Positions 24,279 to 30,281 of a DNA stretch of 30,281 nucleotides are shown in pieces (the stretch's first letter is position 1; every line of letters starts with the position of its first letter). The position numbers and the translations under genes are program-made. The DNA is from a virus (taxonomy: Duplodnaviria > Caudoviricetes): positions 1 through 30,281 of IMG/VR virus record IMGVR_UViG_3300025066_000108; one strand, 5' to 3'. The notes beneath the pieces are model-generated. The model searched no databases. It saw nothing but the letters and a program-made list of their open reading frames with translations, and was not told the origin of the DNA.

Positions 24279-25487
24279 TTATGCCATGAGGATATGTTTA
24301 ACGGATTCGCCTTGTGTAAGTTTTCCATCGACCCTTAACATGCCACGGATTCCTACGAGACCATTTGCAGCATACAGTTCATCCAAGCGTTGTATGGAAA
24401 TACCTGCGTTGTATGCCACGTAGTAATATGACATGTCACCAAACAGAATTGGCTTTAAGCCAGTGGTCATTGCATTTGCCTCATCACTCACAATGACTGG
24501 TCTACCTAGAATTGTATCTGGTGAACCTTCTGCCATGTTTGGTTGCCAAATGTAACTTTCTGTTCCACTTGCATACTTGAGTTGACGCAATGCTGAAAGT
24601 GTTGTTGTGCTCATTAGCCAAGAACCATTCTTGCGATAGGATTCTTTAACTGAATAGAACAGGTCTTGCACTTCATCAAATGTTACTGCTGCTGCACCTG
24701 CTGCATCTACACCTTTGTCACTTCCATCTGTGACACCTGTTGGCTGTCCAGAACCATTACCATTAACAAATGCTGCTTCTAACAGTGCAGCAAACTTTCT
24801 TCCGATGTTTGATGCAACGAACGCTTCAAGATTGACAACGGAATCTTGTAAAAGTTCCTCTGAAATCTGTGTCAAAGTTCCCGCCTTGTAAGGAGTCAGA
24901 GTCAACTGTCCAAACGCAGGGTCGCTTTCGGTATACGCATCGCCTTCTGCTGCAATCCATGCAGCACTACCAGTGGAAGTTTCCGTTGGTATTGTTACTT
25001 GACCTTCAATGTTGAATTGTGTAGTAGCAGGGGAAAAGTTTTGTGCATCGTTCATGGTTTCAATAATCATGTCCTGCATGTTGGCTTGACCTTGTGCAAA
25101 CATTGGTGCAATGTAACCACCTGCTGTGTTTGTGCCTTCTGTCAAATCCCGATATTCTGCATGGCTCAAACTACTTTTGCCACCACGAAGAAACTGCATA
25201 AATGCATAACGGTATGATTCCGTTGCAACACCACGTGCTTCTTCTGCAACTGTTGGTTCTGAAATTGCGAGTTCGCTTTTCTTGCCTGCTGTTGCTTTAA
25301 TTTGTCGTTCTTCTGATTCGATTGCTTCAACTCTGTCGATGTCTGCTTTCAAAGTGTCAGAATCGTTGAGCATTGCATCTACCGCCGAGCGTTGTTCAGC
25401 ATCAAGTGTTTCTGTGCTGTCCATTATTTCGCGTGCATCTGCAATTAGTTTGCAGCGTTGTTCACGCATTTCTTTTGCTTGTGACAT
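24279..25487 (-). CDS. Major capsid protein, HK97 fold with N-terminal delta/scaffold domain
   Basis: Coiled-coil N-terminus; GGYIAP, AAWIAAEG, ISEELLQDS..NLE, F.NGNG..QP.G, YIWQP....G.PDTILGRPV, FGD. Confidence 0.96.
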   Translation of the reverse strand: MSQAKEMREQRCKLIADAREIMDSTETLDAEQRSAVDAMLNDSDTLKADIDRVEAIESEERQIKATAGKKSELAISEPTVAEEARGVATESYRYAFMQFLRGGKSSLSHAEYRDLTEGTNTAGGYIAPMFAQGQANMQDMIIETMNDAQNFSPATTQFNIEGQVTIPTETSTGSAAWIAAEGDAYTESDPAFGQLTLTPYKAGTLTQISEELLQDSVVNLEAFVASNIGRKFAALLEAAFVNGNGSGQPTGVTDGSDKGVDAAGAAAVTFDEVQDLFYSVKESYRKNGSWLMSTTTLSALRQLKYASGTESYIWQPNMAEGSPDTILGRPVIVSDEANAMTTGLKPILFGDMSYYYVAYNAGISIQRLDELYAANGLVGIRGMLRVDGKLTQGESVKHILMA

Positions 25488-25528
25488 TTTCTATGTCCTC
25501 TTTCTTTTTAGTTCCAAGTTCCTGTGAT

Positions 25529-25609
25529 AATTGCAACGGCAATTCTGTGTGTGTAAAGTCAACGGACTTCCATTATTGTTATAGTAGCAACAAGTAAATC
25601 AACGCAATT
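25529..25609 (-). promoter_or_regulatory. Tandem CGUU-loop hairpins in the capsid 5' leader
   Basis: AAGTC-CGTT-GACTT (25569-25556), AATTGC-CGTT-GCAATT (25544-25529), weaker AATT-GCGTT-GATT (25609-25597). Confidence 0.55.
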
Positions 25610-25658
25610 GCTGTTGGGGTTGGTCTTAAAATTACCCATAATCTTGCCCAATACAGCA

Positions 25659-25763
25659 TTAGTGCGATAACCTACAAACAGCAAAGACAATGCCACCAGT
25701 TAGCATTGCCATTGTAAACATTGTGCTGAGTTCTAAGATTTTCAATTTAGTTTTGTAACTCAT
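25659..25763 (-). CDS. Possible 34-aa hydrophobic peptide
   Basis: MSYKTKLKILELSTMFTMAMLTGGIVFAVCRLSH; TAATG-coupled to the protease stop. Confidence 0.45.
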   Translation of the reverse strand: MSYKTKLKILELSTMFTMAMLTGGIVFAVCRLSH

Positions 25764-26392
25764 TATTCTTGTTCCGCAATCCGCAATCGGAATTGCAGTT
25801 TTGATGTTTCGCCAATTGAGTTGAAATCTGTTGTATCTAAGACCTGCTGTGCCTTGTGTGCTTCCAAACTTCGCAACGCGGGTTCTGCACGTACAGAACA
25901 TGAGGCTGCCGAATAAGCAGGATTGCAAACAATAGAAACGTCAAAAAGTCTTGCAGTATTTATTGTGCGTACATCCTTGCCTTCCATCATTGACCACGAA
26001 TCGGAAACATCAAAGAAACCAAATGACATACTGACCAAATCATTTCTTCTAAGCAATTCGACAACATCCTTGCCAACTGTGGTGTTTGGTGGGTCAAGTT
26101 CCATTCTTAAACCGTGGTCATCTTCCCACAGTTTCAACGTGCCTGAACCCAATCTACCAAGCACCTTGTCATCATCATGGTTGAACAACGCATGGACTTC
26201 ATCGCCATTTGCAAGTGATTCAGCAAACGCACCACGTTCAACCTTCTCAACAAACCCACCCAAATCATTGGACAAAGAATCAAACACAACAGGATAACCA
26301 ACAATCTTAGGTGCTGTTTCTTCTGTTTCGTTTTCATCACGCACTTCTAATTGCACTGCTGTGCTAATTCGTATTTCTTTTTCGTTACTCAT
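25763..26392 (-). CDS. HK97-family prohead protease
   Basis: IVGYPVVFDSLS.DLGGFVE...GAF...ALFNHD...LGR..SGTL.L.ED..GL...MSFGF...LFDVSIV..PAY; AAGGAG before ATG 26392. Confidence 0.95.
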   Translation of the reverse strand: MSNEKEIRISTAVQLEVRDENETEETAPKIVGYPVVFDSLSNDLGGFVEKVERGAFAESLANGDEVHALFNHDDDKVLGRLGSGTLKLWEDDHGLRMELDPPNTTVGKDVVELLRRNDLVSMSFGFFDVSDSWSMMEGKDVRTINTARLFDVSIVCNPAYSAASCSVRAEPALRSLEAHKAQQVLDTTDFNSIGETSKLQFRLRIAEQE

Positions 26393-27959
26393 GCTTGTTG
26401 CTCCTTTGGACAAGTACCTTGGCACTGTCACTATTCAAAAAACTCTTTGCCCAATTGTCACACGCTTCAACACGCAATGTTGGTGTATCGGCATTTGCCA
26501 CAGCAGACTTCCACGTATTGACAAGTTCATTGCCAACTTCTTTTTCATTAACTCCCATGCTACGGCAGCACGGTTCTAAAATTGATTCCACTTTTTTGCC
26601 CAACGATTCATCACCTTGCACAAATGTATTCCAATCTTCTGCACCTTCTTTGTTGGCATTTCGATTGGATGCGTTGCGTACTATCGCAACTGCCCTGCGT
26701 ACAGAATCCACCAACCAATCATCTGGTGGCTTGGGTTGTTCACGCACTTCATCTTCAATTAGTTCTGCTTCAAGTTCTGAACCAACGTCTGCAAAGTTCA
26801 ATGGCATTATGTACTTATCGCCTTCTTCACCAATGGTATTAAGGTTTTCACGCTTGCGGATTTCATTGATTGAAAGCCAACCTGATTCGCGTGCAGTCCT
26901 GTATGCAGCGTACCTGTCAATCGTGTTACCACGCAACGCTTCTTCTGCAAGAAACTCTGCATAAATACTTTTGTCATCAACACCCAACAACTTCCTGCTT
27001 ATTTCTTCTTCCCACCTACGCAGCCAAGGCATCAACGTGCCTTGCATGTATTGGATTTGTTGGCTTTCAATATTGGAATAGGTGGCACGACTTAAATCTT
27101 GAATCATGTGTGGTGGCATTCGGTAGATACGGCAAATGTCTTGCAGTGCGTATGCCCTTGCTTCCAACCATTGTGCATCAGCATGTGGAATACTTAACGA
27201 TTGCCATTGCATTGATTCTTCTAAAATTGCAGTTTTTCCGTGATTGTTCGCTGAGGAATACATGGAATCCCAACCTTTTCGCAAACGTTTGGCTGCATCT
27301 TCAGACAACTTTGCGGGATGTGATAACACGCCTGATGGTCTACTGCTGTTCTGGAAAAAAGTTCCTCCGCTCTTGCTCATGGCTTGAGCCATGCCGATGG
27401 TTTCACGTGCGTAACCAATGGGAGAAAATCCCAAAATCCCATCGTGTCCCAAGCCTTTAATGTGTAAGATGTTTTCACTTGCTATTCTTGTTTGTCCGTT
27501 GTACACATACCAAACTTTGCCTTCAGTTATTTCTACCGCCATGTTCTCTGGCAACAGTATCCACAAGCCAATGGGCGTGCCACTATTGTCACGCTCAATC
27601 TCTGCATAGGCATTTCCATACAACAAAACATGAGCAGTCATTGTTTCCTTGAAGGTGAATGGTGTCATTTCAGGGTTAGGTTTGCTGTGCAACAACTTAG
27701 CAACAGGGTGTGAATCAATTGGCTCACGCACCATGTCGGACACTCTTGAATAGATTTTAATTGGCAGCGATGCAACGTCCTCACTTATTACCCTGACACA
27801 AGCAAACACGGCAGGTTGTCTTAATGCCGTATCTTGTGTAACTGTTTCACCCGAATAAGTTGATGCACCTGCAAACACTGTTTTCCACCAACCAACATCT
27901 GTCAGTTGGCTGCGTGTTTCTTTTTCTTTTCCTTTGCCTATCCATTTCATCAATCCCAT
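26385..27959 (-). CDS. Portal protein, HK97 family
   Basis: AVFACVRVISEDVASLP, PNPEMT, LLYGNAY, ILHIK...DG..G.SPI, ICRIYRMPP, YSNIE, GWLSINEIR..ENL. Confidence 0.96.
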   Translation of the reverse strand: MGLMKWIGKGKEKETRSQLTDVGWWKTVFAGASTYSGETVTQDTALRQPAVFACVRVISEDVASLPIKIYSRVSDMVREPIDSHPVAKLLHSKPNPEMTPFTFKETMTAHVLLYGNAYAEIERDNSGTPIGLWILLPENMAVEITEGKVWYVYNGQTRIASENILHIKGLGHDGILGFSPIGYARETIGMAQAMSKSGGTFFQNSSRPSGVLSHPAKLSEDAAKRLRKGWDSMYSSANNHGKTAILEESMQWQSLSIPHADAQWLEARAYALQDICRIYRMPPHMIQDLSRATYSNIESQQIQYMQGTLMPWLRRWEEEISRKLLGVDDKSIYAEFLAEEALRGNTIDRYAAYRTARESGWLSINEIRKRENLNTIGEEGDKYIMPLNFADVGSELEAELIEDEVREQPKPPDDWLVDSVRRAVAIVRNASNRNANKEGAEDWNTFVQGDESLGKKVESILEPCCRSMGVNEKEVGNELVNTWKSAVANADTPTLRVEACDNWAKSFLNSDSAKVLVQRSNKHE

Positions 27960-29579
27960 TTATAGAATCTCCATGTCCTGTGATTCATACTTGCTCTCTG
28001 CACCATCAGTTGCTGCATTGGCTCTGCCAATTCCCATCACTGCTGCAACCAATAAATCTATACGTTCCGTGCTTTTTCGTTTGCTCAATTTTATGTTCCC
28101 TGCTGCATCTTCTTCCGCAGCACATACGCTTGCGTTGAATCTTAATACTGGATGACCGCCATGCCTAAACTTTCCACTCATTATCATGGCTTCTAGATGT
28201 TTGCAAGGTGCTGACATGCTTCTATAACCCATTCCATAGAAGCCAACATTCAATCCTTCTTGTTCAAGTTGCACTGCCAGTTGTGTCGCGCACCATCTAT
28301 CCAATATGACTTCTCTTATGTTATAGTGGATATGCAAGTCTAACACCTTTTTTTTGATAAAAGAATAGTCAACAACGTCACCTTCGGTGGCTATTAAGTG
28401 TCCATCATCACGCCATTGGATATAAGGCACGCCATCGTCATGCTGCCTTCTTGCTATGTTCTCATTCGGAACAAAGCAATATGGCAAGACATCAAAGCCA
28501 CCACCTTCTTCCTCTGTTCGCGGAAAAATCAAAACCAATGCAGTCAGGTCAAGCGTGGACGATAAATCGAGTCCTGCATAACACGCACGCCCTTTCAATT
28601 CTTCTGCTGTGTAAGGTTCTTCACATGAATCAAACGCTTCCATTGAAATCCATCTATCCATTTGTTCCGTTGGCTGATTCAGGTACAAACGTCTGAACGC
28701 ATTCTGGTATGACGGTAGTGCTTTTGCCTTTGTGCATTCTTGTTCGTAAAACTCCACATCGACAGTTGTACCCAAGGATGGATTACACTTTGCCCACACT
28801 TCGGGGTCATCCCATTTGTCATCTTTCTTTGCTGCCCATATTGCAGGCATGAATGACGAATCAACAACCGTGCCATCTTGAACCTTGCGTGCATAGTTAT
28901 GAAGGTCTAACCAAAGCGTTGGTTCTGCCGTTCCTGCTGTGGTGATGGAAATGTTGATGGGCTGCCTTCTTGCACCTTGCGAAGTAATCAACGCTTCGTA
29001 CAACTCTCTTGCATCAGGTCGTGTCCATACGTGCAACTCGTCCGCCACGACACAACTGGCAGAAAGCCCATGTGCAGTTCTTGAATCTGATGACAACGCC
29101 TTCATGGTTGAACCAGTTGAAGGAACAACTATTGCGTGTCGATAAATCTTACAATGCTTTGAAAGGTATTCATCTGATTCAACAAACCGCTTTGCAATGT
29201 TGAATACAATGTTGGCTTGGTCGCGGTCTGCTGCTGCTGTGTAAACTTCACCGCCTTCTTCATTGTCCCCAACGAGGCAGAATAATCCTAGCCCTGCCGC
29301 AAGGTGACTTTTCCCTGACTTTCGAGGCAACTCACAAAGACAACTCCTGAACCTGCGGGTGTTGTCAGGGCGTATCCAACCGAACAAGTTTGCAACAATT
29401 GATATTTGCCAATCAGATAAAACAAAACTTTCACCTGCCCATCTTCCCTTGTGGTGTTTCATAAACAAGGGAAAGAAATTGACAGCGTGCATTGCCTTCT
29501 CTGAATCAAACGTGGAATCCAAACACTGCACGGTTGGGTCATAGTCAGGCAACAGTAAACTAATTTCCTTATCTGTCAT
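27960..29579 (-). CDS. terL: Terminase large subunit
   Basis: LSDWQ, Walker A PRKSGKS, Walker B VVADELH, ITTAG, nuclease GLDLS...DLTA, RIDLLVA. Confidence 0.97.
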   Translation of the reverse strand: MTDKEISLLLPDYDPTVQCLDSTFDSEKAMHAVNFFPLFMKHHKGRWAGESFVLSDWQISIVANLFGWIRPDNTRRFRSCLCELPRKSGKSHLAAGLGLFCLVGDNEEGGEVYTAAADRDQANIVFNIAKRFVESDEYLSKHCKIYRHAIVVPSTGSTMKALSSDSRTAHGLSASCVVADELHVWTRPDARELYEALITSQGARRQPINISITTAGTAEPTLWLDLHNYARKVQDGTVVDSSFMPAIWAAKKDDKWDDPEVWAKCNPSLGTTVDVEFYEQECTKAKALPSYQNAFRRLYLNQPTEQMDRWISMEAFDSCEEPYTAEELKGRACYAGLDLSSTLDLTALVLIFPRTEEEGGGFDVLPYCFVPNENIARRQHDDGVPYIQWRDDGHLIATEGDVVDYSFIKKKVLDLHIHYNIREVILDRWCATQLAVQLEQEGLNVGFYGMGYRSMSAPCKHLEAMIMSGKFRHGGHPVLRFNASVCAAEEDAAGNIKLSKRKSTERIDLLVAAVMGIGRANAATDGAESKYESQDMEIL

Positions 29580-30058
29580 CCACCAAGGTACTTCATGCGT
29601 TCGTCTTGTTGCTTGCTTTGATTGTCACTGGTTGTTTGTACTCGGCTGCGTGCTGATGGTGTTAAACCAAACTCACACAACAAATCCTTCAACGCCTTTG
29701 CAGAGTTCCTAGCAATTGAAACGTATGGTGACTGTTGCAGGTATTTCACGTTGCCATCATTGTCTTTTATTGGGTAAACATCACCGTCTTTTTTAATCAT
29801 GTCATCTGCCCTTCGCCAAGTTGCAAAGGTTTCTGCAAGCAAATACAACGCCATTCCATCTGCCACTGTCAACACTTTCATGTCTGACAGAATCGGCACA
29901 AGTTGTTCCCAACAATCCTTAGCCATTCCATCAAGTCCTGTTGGCATTTCAGGTGCAACCGCTTCGGGCTGCGGTTCGTTTTTATTTATTTCGCCACGCC
30001 AACTTCCACGCAATTTTAAAATGTTTGTTGGTGTTGGTTTTGTTCCTCGTCTACCCAT
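29576..30058 (-). CDS. terS: Terminase small subunit, P27 family
   Basis: MGRRG.KPTPT..LKLRG...EP.P...P.GL...A...W...P...EFGLTPSARSR. Confidence 0.93.
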   Translation of the reverse strand: MGRRGTKPTPTNILKLRGSWRGEINKNEPQPEAVAPEMPTGLDGMAKDCWEQLVPILSDMKVLTVADGMALYLLAETFATWRRADDMIKKDGDVYPIKDNDGNVKYLQQSPYVSIARNSAKALKDLLCEFGLTPSARSRVQTTSDNQSKQQDERMKYLGG

Positions 30059-30281
30059 TGCATACCGCCTTCTCACCTGTAAGATTTTCCCAACGCTTCA
30101 CAATTACATCACAATACAAAGGGTCTATTTCCATTCCATAGCATTGACGGTTCAACTGTTCGCAAGCGATGAGTGTTGAACCTGAACCGAGGAAGCCATC
30201 CACAACAAGTTCAAGTTCTTTTGTAAAATCCAAAAGAATTTCACCTAGCATTCTTGTCGGCTTTTGCGTTGGATGAACACG
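30051..30281 (-). CDS. DNA N4/N6 methyltransferase, C-terminal part (5' end outside window)
   Basis: Frame is open to the window edge: RVHPTQKP...VVDGFLGSGSTLIACEQLNRQCYGMEIDPLYCDVIVKRW. Confidence 0.9.
   Translation of the reverse strand, partial: RVHPTQKPTRMLGEILLDFTKELELVVDGFLGSGSTLIACEQLNRQCYGMEIDPLYCDVIVKRWENLTGEKAVCNG

Noticed and set aside
26395-27460. Plus-strand ORFs of 189 and 196 aa
   Set aside because: Antisense to the well-conserved portal gene.
1-30281. Stop-codon reassignment, tRNA genes, diversity-generating retroelement, introns/inteins
   Set aside because: Core genes are full length in the standard code and use TAA, TGA and TAG as stops. No cloverleaf, reverse transcriptase or TR/VR pair was seen, and terminase and capsid are of normal size.

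Overview
This window is almost the whole genome of a small HK97-like long-tailed phage (siphovirus morphology inferred). Every credible gene lies on the minus strand. In transcription order (high to low coordinates) it carries: a DNA methyltransferase (cut by the window edge), small and large terminase, portal, prohead protease, HK97 major capsid, head-tail proteins, tail tube, a tail chaperone with a -1 frameshift site, tape measure, an unusual Cys-rich tail-tip module and two paralogous beta-rich adhesin-like proteins (one with a DNRLRE-like domain). Next come a metallophosphoesterase and a small membrane protein ending in a PEP-CTERM-like signal. Two promoter-headed clusters of small early genes flank a replication/recombination module (Sak4-like ATPase, DUF669 SSB-like protein, initiator with internal repeats, G39P-like protein, nuclease). 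The last genes are a sigma-like factor, a Holliday junction resolvase, small membrane/lipoproteins and an HNH endonuclease, followed by a repeat-rich non-coding end. I recognised no integrase, repressor, DNA polymerase, endolysin, tRNA or CRISPR array. The most notable unexplained signals are: (1) a family of structured intergenic elements with compensatory stem changes that fill the gaps between early genes; (2) a phage-encoded PEP-CTERM-like protein; (3) tandem C(CGUU)G hairpins in the capsid leader; (4) apparent complete absence of GATC. A Planctomycetota (Phycisphaerae-like) host is a low-confidence inference. All family assignments come from motif recognition by eye, not database searches.
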